Source: Burkholderiaceae bacterium (GTDB taxonomy: Bacteria; Pseudomonadota; Gammaproteobacteria; Burkholderiales; Burkholderiaceae_F). Taken from it: a stretch of 37,686 bases of DNA. Location: the NCBI GenBank assembly GCA_035536515.1, contig DATLOA010000194.1:1-37686 (forward strand), in the 5' to 3' direction. Position 1 is the first letter of the stretch. Each line of letters starts with the position of its first letter. The notes beneath the pieces are model-generated. The model ran no database searches, was not told where the DNA came from, and saw only the letters and a list, made by a program, of their open reading frames with translations. Position numbers and translations under genes: made by a program. Shown in pieces: positions 17,164 to 26,141 of this stretch.

Positions 17164-18591
17164 TCAGGCCCGGCCGAAGTCGTCCGAAAAGCGAACGATG
17201 TCGTCTTCGCCCAAATACGCCCCGCATGCGACTTCTACGATTGTTAACGGCTGATCCGTCGCGTTCTCAATCCGGTGTTTGATATTGATCGGAACGTAAA
17301 TCGATTCGTTCGGGCCCAGATCGACTGACCGCTCGTCGACCGTGACCCGCGCACTGCCCCGAACGACGACCCAGTGTTCCGAGCGCTTGTGATGCATTTG
17401 CAGCGAGAGTTTCTTCCCTGGATTAACTTCGATTCGCTTGACCTTGAACTGCGGCGCCTCGTGCAGCACGGTGTACTTGCCCCATGGCCGATGCACGGTC
17501 AGATGCTCCTTGGTGGTGACGTGGCCGTCTCGCTTAAGCTTGGCGACGATGTCCTTGACCTGTTGACTGGAGTCCTTGTGCGCGACCAACACCGCGTCCG
17601 GCGTGTCGATGATGACCAGGTCTTCGACGCCCACCGCGGCCACGAGTCGATCTTCCGAGCGCAGATACGTACGTCGTGAGTTGACGAGGATCGTGTCGCC
17701 TTCGGTGCTGTTGCCGGCCTCGTCGGTCTGGCGCGTCTCGGCCACCGCCTTCCAGCTGCCGATGTCGCTCCAGCCGAAGGCACACGGGATCACGGCGACA
17801 TTCGCCGCCTTTTCCATCACCGCATAGTCGATCGAGATGTCGGGCATCTCGTTGAATGACGCTGCGTCGAAAAGCACCTGGCCGGCGGCATTCATCGCGC
17901 TGCGCTGCGCGACCCACTGCGCAGCTTGCAGCACCTTCGGCGCGTGCTGCTCGAGTGCCGCCAGGATCGCGGCGGCCGTGAAGCAGAACATGCCGCTGTT
18001 CCACACGAAATTGCCGGCGCGCAGATACTCGGTGGCTTTTTCGATGGTGGGTTTCTCGACAAATCGCACGACTTCGTGCGCGCGTGACCGCGCGACGGGC
18101 ATGCCCCATTCGATGTAGCCGTAGCCGGTGTCGGGCGCCGACGGTTCGATGCCGAACAGAACCAGCCGGCCTTCACGCTTGGCTAGCGCGGCCGCGTCGG
18201 CAACCGCGGCGCTGAACTCGGCGGGCTTGTCGATCAAGTGATCGGCGGCTAGCACGACCAGCACGACATCGGATCCGAACTTCGCCTGCGCCCACAGTGC
18301 CGCGAGCGCGACCGCCGGCGCCGTGTTGCGACCGACCGGCTCGAGCAGCAGCGAGATCTGTTTCGCGCCGGTCTCGTCCATCAGTTCTTCGGCGGTTTTA
18401 TACGAGTACGCCATGTTGGTCACGACCGCAGCATGCGAAACGCCGGGCAGCGCGCACGCGCGTTCCCACGTCAGCTGCAACAAGCTCTTTCCGCCGGCGA
18501 TCTTCATAAAAGGCTTCGGCGTAGCCTCGCGCGAGACCGGCCACAGCCGAGTGCCCGAGCCGCCCGAAAGAATGATCGGAAGTAACTGCAT
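17164..18591 (-). CDS. manC: mannose-1-phosphate guanylyltransferase / mannose-6-phosphate isomerase (type II PMI-GMP)
   Basis: N-terminal IILSGGSGTRLWPVSRE and a C-terminal cupin region, RPWGKY...LSLQMHHKRSEHWVVVRG. Length is 475 aa. Confidence 0.95.
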   Translation of the reverse strand: MQLLPIILSGGSGTRLWPVSREATPKPFMKIAGGKSLLQLTWERACALPGVSHAAVVTNMAYSYKTAEELMDETGAKQISLLLEPVGRNTAPAVALAALWAQAKFGSDVVLVVLAADHLIDKPAEFSAAVADAAALAKREGRLVLFGIEPSAPDTGYGYIEWGMPVARSRAHEVVRFVEKPTIEKATEYLRAGNFVWNSGMFCFTAAAILAALEQHAPKVLQAAQWVAQRSAMNAAGQVLFDAASFNEMPDISIDYAVMEKAANVAVIPCAFGWSDIGSWKAVAETRQTDEAGNSTEGDTILVNSRRTYLRSEDRLVAAVGVEDLVIIDTPDAVLVAHKDSSQQVKDIVAKLKRDGHVTTKEHLTVHRPWGKYTVLHEAPQFKVKRIEVNPGKKLSLQMHHKRSEHWVVVRGSARVTVDERSVDLGPNESIYVPINIKHRIENATDQPLTIVEVACGAYLGEDDIVRFSDDFGRA

Positions 18592-18682
18592 TTCTGCTCT
18601 GCTCAGCGACGTGGTTTCATTCGCGCAGCTTATCAGCGCCGCTGGCCGCTAGAATCGTCTCTACTTTCGCGATTCCATCGAC
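18592..18682. promoter_or_regulatory. divergent intergenic region between manC and manB
   Basis: This 91-bp gap lies between divergent starts. A -10-like TAGAAT sits at 18650-18655, 27 nt upstream of the manB GTG start codon. There is no convincing -35 at 17-nt spacing. Confidence 0.25.
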
Positions 18683-20068
18683 GTGACACTTCCCGATCCA
18701 TCGATCTTCAAGGCCTACGACATCCGAGGCATCGTCGACCGCACATTGACGGAAGCCGCAGTGCGCGCGATTGGCTCGGCACTCGGGTCAGTGGCGTCGG
18801 AAAGCGCTGTAACGGCAATGGCAGTCGGCCGCGATGGCCGCCTTTCCGGCCCTGCGCTGCGCGATGCGTTGATGGACGGCATCGTGAATAGCGGCATCAA
18901 CGTGATCGATGTCGGCATGGTGCCGACCCCGGTGCTTTACTTCGCAACGCATCTTCTACAGACCGGCTCAGGTGTATCGATCACCGGTAGCCATAACCCG
19001 CCCGAGTACAACGGGCTGAAGATGATGATGGCCGGTGCGACCCTGTATGGCGACGGCATTCAGGCGTTGCGGCAGAGGATTGAGGAGGGAGGCCTCGCTA
19101 CTACGGCTCGGCGCGGGCAGAGCAGCAGTCGCGACGTTGTACCCGCGTACCTCAACGCAATCACTACCGACGTGAAGCTGGCGCGGCCGATCAAGATCGC
19201 GATCGATTGCGGCAACGGCGTGGCGGGGGCGGTTGCTCCCGACCTGTATCGCCGTCTCGGCTGTGAGGTCATCGAGTTGTTTACCGAGGTCGACGGCACG
19301 TTTCCAAATCATCATCCCGACCCGGCGCATCCGGAGAATTTGCAGGACTTGATTCGCTGCCTGCGTGAAACGAATGCCGAGATCGGCCTCGCGTTCGATG
19401 GCGACGGCGACCGGCTGGGTGTGGTGACCAAGGGTGGGGAGATCATTTATCCCGATCGGCAGATCATGCTGTTTGCGCAGGACGTGCTAGAGCATCATCC
19501 AGGTGGCGAAATCATCTTCGACGTCAAGTGCACGCGCCTGCTCGCGCCGTGGATTCGTGAGCACGGAGGCAAACCAACCATGTGGAAGACCGGGCACTCG
19601 CTGATCAAAGCTAAATTGAGGGAGACCAGCGCTCCTTTCGCCGGCGAAATGAGTGGTCATCTTTTTTTTAACGATCGTTGGCCGGGCTTCGATGATGGTT
19701 TGTATGCGGGTGCGCGCCTACTCGAAATCGTGAGCAGAAGCGCTGATCCTTCAGCCTTGCTAAATGCGTTGCCGGCCGCGATCAATACGCCTGAGCTTCA
19801 GCTTAAAACGGTCGATGGCGAAAATTTTTCTCTGGTCGAGCGCCTGCGACGTGAAGGTAAATTCGACGGAGCGGAAGAGATCATCACGATCGACGGCGTG
19901 CGTGTCGAGTATGCGGATGGGTTCGGCCTGGCGCGGCCGTCGAACACGACGCCGGTCGTGGTGATGCGCTTCGAAGGCGACGACATGGCGGCGCTAGAGC
20001 GCATCCAGCGCGATTTCGGCGCTCAGATACTCAAGATAAAGCCGGACGCGCGGCTGCCGTTCGCATGA
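18683..20068 (+). CDS. manB: phosphomannomutase/phosphoglucomutase
   Basis: Phosphoserine loop SITGSHNPPEYNGLKM, metal site AFDGDGDRLG, and GEMSGHLFF. GTG start. Confidence 0.95.
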   Translation: MTLPDPSIFKAYDIRGIVDRTLTEAAVRAIGSALGSVASESAVTAMAVGRDGRLSGPALRDALMDGIVNSGINVIDVGMVPTPVLYFATHLLQTGSGVSITGSHNPPEYNGLKMMMAGATLYGDGIQALRQRIEEGGLATTARRGQSSSRDVVPAYLNAITTDVKLARPIKIAIDCGNGVAGAVAPDLYRRLGCEVIELFTEVDGTFPNHHPDPAHPENLQDLIRCLRETNAEIGLAFDGDGDRLGVVTKGGEIIYPDRQIMLFAQDVLEHHPGGEIIFDVKCTRLLAPWIREHGGKPTMWKTGHSLIKAKLRETSAPFAGEMSGHLFFNDRWPGFDDGLYAGARLLEIVSRSADPSALLNALPAAINTPELQLKTVDGENFSLVERLRREGKFDGAEEIITIDGVRVEYADGFGLARPSNTTPVVVMRFEGDDMAALERIQRDFGAQILKIKPDARLPFA

Positions 20069-20072
20069 CGGT

Positions 20073-21086
20073 TTGAAAAGCGTGCTGGTCACTGGCGGCG
20101 CGGGCTACATCGGCACGCACACGATGGTGGAACTGCTCGCCGACGGCTATGACGTTGTGTGCCTCGACAATTTCAGCAACAGCTCGCCAGAGGCGATCAA
20201 GCGCGTCGAAAAAATTGCTGGCAGGCGTGTGACGACGGTAACCGGGGACGTCCGCGATCGCGAGGTGATGTCGCGTGTGTTCAAGCGCCCGATCGATGGC
20301 GTGATTCACTTCGCCGCGCTAAAAGCGGTGGGCGAATCGGTGTCGCGTCCGGTCGATTATTACGGCAACAACGTCGGTGGCACCCTGGCACTGCTAGAAG
20401 CAATGCACGAGCGCAAGGTACAGCGGCTGGTATTCAGCTCATCGGCCACCGTGTACGGCGTGCCAGATCAATTGCCGATTATGGAAGACGCCGCGGTGCG
20501 CCCGATTAATCCGTATGGGCACACCAAGGCGATGGTCGAGCAGATCTTGCGCGACTGGTGCACTGCTGGCGGTGAGCACGCGGCAATCTCGCTACGCTAT
20601 TTCAATCCGATCGGCGCGCACGATAGCGGCTCGATCGGCGAAGACCCGCACGATATTCCGAACAATCTTTTTCCGTTCATCACGCAGGTGGCGGTCGGCA
20701 AGCTCGACAAGCTCACGGTATGGGGCAACGACTGGCCGACGCCTGATGGAACAGGAGTGCGCGACTATTTGCACGTGATGGATCTGGCGCGCGGGCACGT
20801 GCACGCGCTCGAATTTGCGTTTGCAAAGGGCGGGTATTCAACGATCAACTTGGGCTCGGGCCACGGCACCAGCGTGCTGCAGATGATTGCTGCGTTTGAA
20901 CGTGCGGCGGGCCGCCAAATTCCGCATGCGTTCGGGCCTCGCCGGGCGGGTGACATCGCCTCCTGCTGGGCGGACCCTTCACTGGCGCAACGGCTGCTTA
21001 AATGGCAGACCAAGCGCAGCGTCGAGCAGGCGTGCGTCGACGGCTGGCGCTGGCAGCAGCAGAATCCGGACGGATACCGCGGCTGA
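20073..21086 (+). CDS. galE: UDP-glucose 4-epimerase
   Basis: VLVTGGAGYIGTH, SSSATVYG, YGHTKAMVE (YxxxK) and FNPIGAH. The TTG start is 4 nt after the manB stop. Confidence 0.9.
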   Translation: MKSVLVTGGAGYIGTHTMVELLADGYDVVCLDNFSNSSPEAIKRVEKIAGRRVTTVTGDVRDREVMSRVFKRPIDGVIHFAALKAVGESVSRPVDYYGNNVGGTLALLEAMHERKVQRLVFSSSATVYGVPDQLPIMEDAAVRPINPYGHTKAMVEQILRDWCTAGGEHAAISLRYFNPIGAHDSGSIGEDPHDIPNNLFPFITQVAVGKLDKLTVWGNDWPTPDGTGVRDYLHVMDLARGHVHALEFAFAKGGYSTINLGSGHGTSVLQMIAAFERAAGRQIPHAFGPRRAGDIASCWADPSLAQRLLKWQTKRSVEQACVDGWRWQQQNPDGYRG

Positions 21087-21125
21087 CCGGGGTTCCGGCG
21101 GGTTGCGAGGCTGCACAATCCGCCC

Positions 21126-22091
21126 GTGCGAATCCTGATCGTCAAGACGTCGTCGATGGGTGACGTCGTACATGCGCTGCCGTTGGCGGCCGACATTGCG
21201 CACGTGCAGCCTGGCGCGCAGATCGACTGGTTGTGCGAAGAAGCTTTCGCCGCAATTCCTGCAATGAGCCGCCACGTGGGCGTCGTACAGCGCGTTGCGT
21301 TGCGTCGCTGGCGCAAGCGGCCGTTTGATCCGGCCGTGTGGCGCGAAGTGCGCTTGGCGAAAAGTGCGTTGCGTGGTGCGCACTACGACCTCGTGCTCGA
21401 CGTGCAGGGACTTGCAAAGAGCGCGTGGCTCGCGCGCTGGAGCGGCGCTCCGGTCATGGGTTTCGATTCCTCGACAGCGCGGGAAGGCATTGCCGCGCGC
21501 TCTTATCAGCGGTCCTTTGGAGTGCCGCGCGCGCTGCACGCGATCGAGCGGTGCCGACGCTTGGGGGCAGCTGCCCTTGGATATTCGCTTAATGGTGCAC
21601 CGCGCTTCGGCATTGCATCGGGCGCTGAACGGCACGCGCAGCGCGAGAAGAAGGCCGTGCTGCTCGTCAATGCGAGCCGTGCAACCAAGTTATGGGATGA
21701 CAAGCGCTGGCTCGAGTTAGAGCGGTGGCTGAGTGAGCAAGGGATCGCGAGCGTGCTGTTCTGCGGAACGGCGCATGAGCGATTGCGCAGCGAATCGCTC
21801 GCCGCCCAAATGCAGCGCGCCGAAGTCAGCCCACCGGCAACGCTTGCGACGATCGCCCCGGCGCTTGCAGGGGCTGCAATCGTCGTCGGGCTCGATACCG
21901 GGCTAACGCATCTCGCCGCAGCACTTGGGCGGCCAACGGTAGGAATTTTTTGCGATTACGACCCGGCGCTGGTCGGGCTGACCGCCGATGCTGATGCGGG
22001 CAATGCCGTAGCGAGCGTGGGCAGCGCCACGGCTGCGCCATCAGCCAGCGAAGTGATCAACGCTGCAGCGCGCGTGACAGGTCTGCAATGA
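21126..22091 (+). CDS. waaC: lipopolysaccharide heptosyltransferase I (GT9)
   Basis: GTG start, then RILIVKTSSMGDVVHALPLAADI and C-terminal VGLDTGLTHLAAALGRP. It overlaps waaA by 4 nt. Confidence 0.88.
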   Translation: MRILIVKTSSMGDVVHALPLAADIAHVQPGAQIDWLCEEAFAAIPAMSRHVGVVQRVALRRWRKRPFDPAVWREVRLAKSALRGAHYDLVLDVQGLAKSAWLARWSGAPVMGFDSSTAREGIAARSYQRSFGVPRALHAIERCRRLGAAALGYSLNGAPRFGIASGAERHAQREKKAVLLVNASRATKLWDDKRWLELERWLSEQGIASVLFCGTAHERLRSESLAAQMQRAEVSPPATLATIAPALAGAAIVVGLDTGLTHLAAALGRPTVGIFCDYDPALVGLTADADAGNAVASVGSATAAPSASEVINAAARVTGLQ

Positions 22092-23434
22092 CGCTGGTAC
22101 GCGCGGTGTATACAGCGGTGGCCTTCGCAGCGATGCCACTCGTCGCCGTTTATTTGCTGTGGCGCTCGCGCAAGCAACGCGAGTATCGGCTGCATTGGGC
22201 CGAACGCTTCGGCTTGCGCTTTAAGCGAAGCGACCCGGGTCCGCTGATTTGGATTCACGCAGTCTCGCTCGGTGAAACGCGCGCGGCCGAGCCGTTGATC
22301 AATGCACTCGCTGCACATTACCCGCGCCACCGGTTTCTGCTGACCCACATGACGCCGACCGGACGCGCCGCCGGTGCCGAGATCGGAAGGCGTTTGCCCG
22401 GGCGCGTCCTGCAAAGCTATCTTCCGTACGACCTGCCGTACGCGGTGCGCCGTTTTCTGCGCGCGTTTCGACCGCTGCTTGGCATCAGCGTCGAAACGGA
22501 GGCGTGGCCAAACCTGGTCGCGGCTGCAGTGGAGCAACGCATACCAATGACGCTCGTCAACGCGCGCTTGTCCGAGCGCTCGTTTCAGCGCTCGCGCCGC
22601 TATGCGGCGTTGATGCCGGGATTGCTGCATGAGACCGCAGAGCGATTTTCGTTGGCGCTGGCGCAAACCGCGGCCGATGCGGATCGAATTCGGCAGGTGG
22701 GAGCCCGCAAGGTCGAAGTGACCGGCAATATGAAATTCGACTTCGCGCCTGACGAGGGTCAGGTCGCGCGCGGAAACGCCTGGCGCCGTGCGTGCGGTAC
22801 ACGGCGGGTCTGGGTGTTAGCCAGCACCCGTGAAGGCGAGGAAGCGATGTTCCTCGAGGCATTGCCTGCGCAATTTGACGCGCTGGTGGTGATCGTTCCG
22901 CGCCACCCTCAACGCTTCGACGAGGTCGCGCGATTGATCGAAGCGCGTGGAATACCTTTCGTGCGCCGTTCCCAGTCCATCCTCAGCGCGTTTCAAGAGT
23001 GCGGCATATTGCTCGGCGATTCTATGGGCGAGATGGCAGCGTATTACGCGGCGGCCGACGTCGCCTTCATCGGTGGGAGCCTGCTACATCTTGGTGGTCA
23101 GAACCTGATCGAAGCGTGCGCGGTAGGCACACCCGTGGTCGTCGGGCTTCACACCTTTAACTTCGAGCAAGCGACGCGCGACGCTATTGCGGCGGGCGCA
23201 GCGGTCCGTGTGGCCGATGCGGCGCAGGCGGTCGGGGCGATGGCGTCGATCGCAAGCGACCGTGCGCGGCGTACCCAAATGAGCGAAGCCGCGCTGAAAT
23301 TCGCCGATGTACACCGCGGTGCAACGGCGCGCTCGCTCGCGCGGCTCGTGCCTTTTATCGAGGCGGCGTCGGCGGTGGATTTGACTGGACGGGCCGCGTC
23401 GGCGCCGGTGACAGCGGAGTCGGCCGATCGTTGA
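22088..23434 (+). CDS. waaA: 3-deoxy-D-manno-octulosonic acid (Kdo) transferase
   Basis: IWIHAVSLGETRAAEPLI, VPRHPQRF and GGSLLHLGGQNLIEA. A ~25-aa low-complexity C-terminal tail overlaps the 3' end of tolC. Confidence 0.92.
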   Translation: MTLVRAVYTAVAFAAMPLVAVYLLWRSRKQREYRLHWAERFGLRFKRSDPGPLIWIHAVSLGETRAAEPLINALAAHYPRHRFLLTHMTPTGRAAGAEIGRRLPGRVLQSYLPYDLPYAVRRFLRAFRPLLGISVETEAWPNLVAAAVEQRIPMTLVNARLSERSFQRSRRYAALMPGLLHETAERFSLALAQTAADADRIRQVGARKVEVTGNMKFDFAPDEGQVARGNAWRRACGTRRVWVLASTREGEEAMFLEALPAQFDALVVIVPRHPQRFDEVARLIEARGIPFVRRSQSILSAFQECGILLGDSMGEMAAYYAAADVAFIGGSLLHLGGQNLIEACAVGTPVVVGLHTFNFEQATRDAIAAGAAVRVADAAQAVGAMASIASDRARRTQMSEAALKFADVHRGATARSLARLVPFIEAASAVDLTGRAASAPVTAESADR

Positions 23435-24998
23435 CGCGCGGAGTCGAAGTCGTTCCGCGCGGGCGCGTTGTTGGCGCGGGGGGTGTCGTGGCCGGCGGCT
23501 CCAGCACAGGCGAGGTCGACCGCTGCGGGGAGCGTACGTTTACGGCCGGCACATCCGGCACGGTGATTGGCTCGGCCGGATCTAGCAGCGCGTTGACTGC
23601 AGCTATGTCCGCGTCCCCCAACGTGCCCGCGGCCTGCTTCAAGCGCAAGCCCGCAAGCAACACGTCGTAACGCGCGCGCTTCAAATCGCGCTGTGTCTGC
23701 ACCAGCTGCGTCGTCGCATATAAAACGTCGAGCTGAATGCGCACGCCGACTTCGTAGCCAAGCTGTGTCGATTCCAATTGCGTACGCGCCGACACCTCGG
23801 CGGATTCGAGCGCGCTCACCTGCGCCAGTCCGAAGTTGACGCCGGTGTACGCGTCGCGCGCCGCGTTAGCGGCGGTGCGGCGCGCCGACTCGAGGTCGAA
23901 ATTGGAGCGCTCCTGTAGCGCAAGCGCCTCTCGCACGCGGCTTTGAATCAGTCCGCCGGTGTAAAGCGGCACGTTCAGCACCACGCCGACCGAGCCGCTG
24001 TTGATGCGCGGGTTGGTATCGCTGCCTTGCGTCCCGTTAAACCGATTGAGGTTGTAGCCACTGATCAGATCGACCGTCGGTTTGTACGCGTCGCGCTGGC
24101 GCTGGATTTCGCGCGATGCGATTTCGTAACCGGTGCGCGCAATCTGCACCGAATAGCTGCCGTCTTCGGCGGCGCGCACCCACGTGTTGATGTCCTGCGG
24201 CAGCGGAGCACTCAGCGTCGGCCGCTCTCGAAGCGGCGCCAGCGTGTCGGGCTCGCGGGCGATGATGATCTGCAGCTCGCTGCGGCGAACCAGCAAGGCG
24301 CCAAGTGCAACCTGCTCCTGCGCCGTGATCTGATCGAAGCGAGCCTGCGCTTCGTTAGTATCGATAATGGTCTTGGTGCCAACTTCGAATTCGCGTCGTG
24401 CCTGCTGCAGCTGTTCGCCGGTCGCCTGTTTCGATGCGACGAGCGCAATCAATTGATCGCGCGCCGCGAGCACGTTGAAATACGCATTGGCCACGCGCAG
24501 CGCGACGTCCTGCTGCGATTGCGCCAACTGGGCCTCGCTTTGAATGACCGTCAACCGCGCCTGGTCGAGCGCAGTCAGGTTTTGCGGGCGGTAAATCGGC
24601 ACCGTGAGGTCCAATCCGCCGCCGATAACGCTGTAATTGCTGCTGGTGCTGCCAAGCCCGGGAGTCGATGATCGATAGAGGTTGTAGTCGTGACGCGCGC
24701 TGGCGCCGATGTTAGGTAGCAGCGCCGCGCGCGCCTGCGGGACGCGCTCCTGCGTTGCAAGCTGAAGTGCACGCGCCGACGCCAGCACCGCGTCATTGGA
24801 CAACGCTTCGCGGTAAAGCGTCAGCAGATCGTTGCGCACGCCTGCAGTGCCTACGTCAGCCGCGGTTCGTGAATCGGTCGGCTGTGGCTTTTGCTGTGCC
24901 CAGCCGCCGACGGGTGCAAACAACAGCGCCGCGCTCATGAGCGCTGCAGTGACCCTCTGCAGGTCCAGAACTTTTTTTGCGCCTGTTCTTATGCTCAT
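23355..24998 (-). CDS. tolC: TolC family outer-membrane efflux channel, with a Pro/Thr-rich C-terminal tail
   Basis: Signal peptide MSIRTGAKKVLDLQRVTAALMSAALLFAPVGGWAQQ, followed by two OEP-type repeat halves. I moved the start to the ATG at 24998. The ORF-track start at 25172 would overlap the rhodanese gene and adds an Arg-rich, non-signal N-terminus. Confidence 0.88.
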   Translation of the reverse strand: MSIRTGAKKVLDLQRVTAALMSAALLFAPVGGWAQQKPQPTDSRTAADVGTAGVRNDLLTLYREALSNDAVLASARALQLATQERVPQARAALLPNIGASARHDYNLYRSSTPGLGSTSSNYSVIGGGLDLTVPIYRPQNLTALDQARLTVIQSEAQLAQSQQDVALRVANAYFNVLAARDQLIALVASKQATGEQLQQARREFEVGTKTIIDTNEAQARFDQITAQEQVALGALLVRRSELQIIIAREPDTLAPLRERPTLSAPLPQDINTWVRAAEDGSYSVQIARTGYEIASREIQRQRDAYKPTVDLISGYNLNRFNGTQGSDTNPRINSGSVGVVLNVPLYTGGLIQSRVREALALQERSNFDLESARRTAANAARDAYTGVNFGLAQVSALESAEVSARTQLESTQLGYEVGVRIQLDVLYATTQLVQTQRDLKRARYDVLLAGLRLKQAAGTLGDADIAAVNALLDPAEPITVPDVPAVNVRSPQRSTSPVLEPPATTPPAPTTRPRGTTSTPRVNDRPTPLSPAPTRPVQSNPPPTPPR

Positions 24999-25009
24999 CA
25001 ACGGTTCCA

Positions 25010-25333
25010 TCAGTAGGTCGGCATCGCCGGATCGACCTGACGCGCCCACGCATCGACGCCGCCGGTCAAATTGAACACGCTTGCAAATCCCTGACGCTCC
25101 AGAAACATCGCGACGTGCATGCTGCGCCCGCCATGGTGACAGATGCACACGGTATCGCGCGTGGCTTCCCACTCACCCAAGCGCTGCGGAATCGTTTGCA
25201 TCGGCGCAAAGTGAGAGCCCTCTATCCGGCATACGTTGTTCTCCCACGCTTCGCGCACGTCGAGCAGCAGCGGCTTTGCACGGTCGGGATTGGCTAGCCA
25301 CGCCGCCAGCTCCGGCGCCGACAGCGGCTTCAT
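25010..25333 (-). CDS. rhodanese-like single-domain sulfurtransferase (GlpE-like)
   Basis: Active-site loop VCICHHGGRS. The ATG at 25333-25331 shares one base with the pcm-like TGA (TGATG junction). The TTG at 25336 is an alternative start. Confidence 0.85.
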   Translation of the reverse strand: MKPLSAPELAAWLANPDRAKPLLLDVREAWENNVCRIEGSHFAPMQTIPQRLGEWEATRDTVCICHHGGRSMHVAMFLERQGFASVFNLTGGVDAWARQVDPAMPTY

Positions 25334-26013
25334 CAAAATTTGAAGCCTGACGGTCGTGGCGCATTCCGCAGCGGTTTCACATGTGTTTCGAACAGGTTCA
25401 ACGTGTCAAAGCCATCAGCGGTCACACGCGTGACGATTTGCGCCACCATCGCGGGCTCGACGCCTACGATCGCCGCCAATCTTCCGCCCAGCTTCAGCTG
25501 CTCCGTCAACGCGGGCGTGACGATCGGTAACGAACCGGTGACGACGATGACGTCATATGGCGCACCGGCGGGCACGCCCAGGCTCGCATCGGCCAGCTCG
25601 AGGCGCACGTTATGTACGCCGGCCCGCCGCAGGTTCGATTCGGCGAAGTCCTTAAGCCGAGGCTCAATCTCGACCGAGATAACATCGTCCGCCTTGTGCG
25701 CAAGCAGCGCGGCCATGTGACCAGAGCCGGTGCCGATTTCGAGCACGCGCTCGTGCGGTTTTACAACGAGCTCCTGCAATATGCGCGCTTCCATTTTAGG
25801 CGCCCACATTGATTCGCCGCTGTCCCACTGGTCGATCCGCAGCGGTACTTCCATATCGGCAAATGCCAGCGCGCGATATGCGGGCGGAACGAAGTGCTCG
25901 CGCTTGACGACGAGCAACAGGTCAAGCACCGATTGATCGAGCACGTCCCAGGTCCGCACCTGCTGCTCGACCATATTGAAGCGTGCTTTTTCGATGTCTA
26001 ACCCGGGCTGCAT
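25333..26013 (-). CDS. protein-L-isoaspartate O-methyltransferase family protein (TolC-linked paralog)
   Basis: SAM motif I VLEIGTGSGHMAALLA, then YDVIVVTGS. Length is 226 aa. Confidence 0.85.
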   Translation of the reverse strand: MQPGLDIEKARFNMVEQQVRTWDVLDQSVLDLLLVVKREHFVPPAYRALAFADMEVPLRIDQWDSGESMWAPKMEARILQELVVKPHERVLEIGTGSGHMAALLAHKADDVISVEIEPRLKDFAESNLRRAGVHNVRLELADASLGVPAGAPYDVIVVTGSLPIVTPALTEQLKLGGRLAAIVGVEPAMVAQIVTRVTADGFDTLNLFETHVKPLRNAPRPSGFKF

Positions 26014-26141
26014 AATGGTTTGGTCTTTAAGCCGATTGAAAGTTTATCAGCGGCATACTCTGCCGCTGTGCACTTCAGGCTGCCTAATGTGCGATCCGTC
26101 GCAAGAAAGCAGTGTGGCAAGCTAGCGCAACGAGCTGAGCG
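26014..26141. promoter_or_regulatory. divergent intergenic region between the pcm-like gene and thiD
   Basis: This 128-bp gap lies between divergent starts and is more AT-rich than the flanks. It contains an 8-bp perfect hairpin (26048-26068). I could not assign promoter boxes confidently. Confidence 0.25.

Noticed and set aside
24999-25172. N-terminal extension of TolC in the ORF track (start at 25172).
   Set aside because: The extension would overlap the rhodanese gene and adds an Arg-rich, non-signal sequence. The ATG at 24998 yields a normal signal peptide. I trimmed three other starts the same way: rfbC (14359 to 14251), fcl (14313 to 14340) and the metalloprotease (28807 to 28897).
26048-26068. 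Perfect 8-bp hairpin CAGCGGCA-TACTC-TGCCGCTG in the pcm-like/thiD intergenic region.
   Set aside because: It lies between divergent starts, so it cannot act as a terminator for either gene, and no U-tract follows on either strand. It may be a 5'-UTR or operator element, but a single 8-bp GC-rich stem in a high-GC genome is weak evidence.
26014-26141. Possible TPP (THI-box) riboswitch upstream of thiD.
   Set aside because: Only a CTGAG fragment is present, close to the start codon. I could not find the conserved ACCTGA / GGGGTGC / CTGAGA helices or a pairing scheme.
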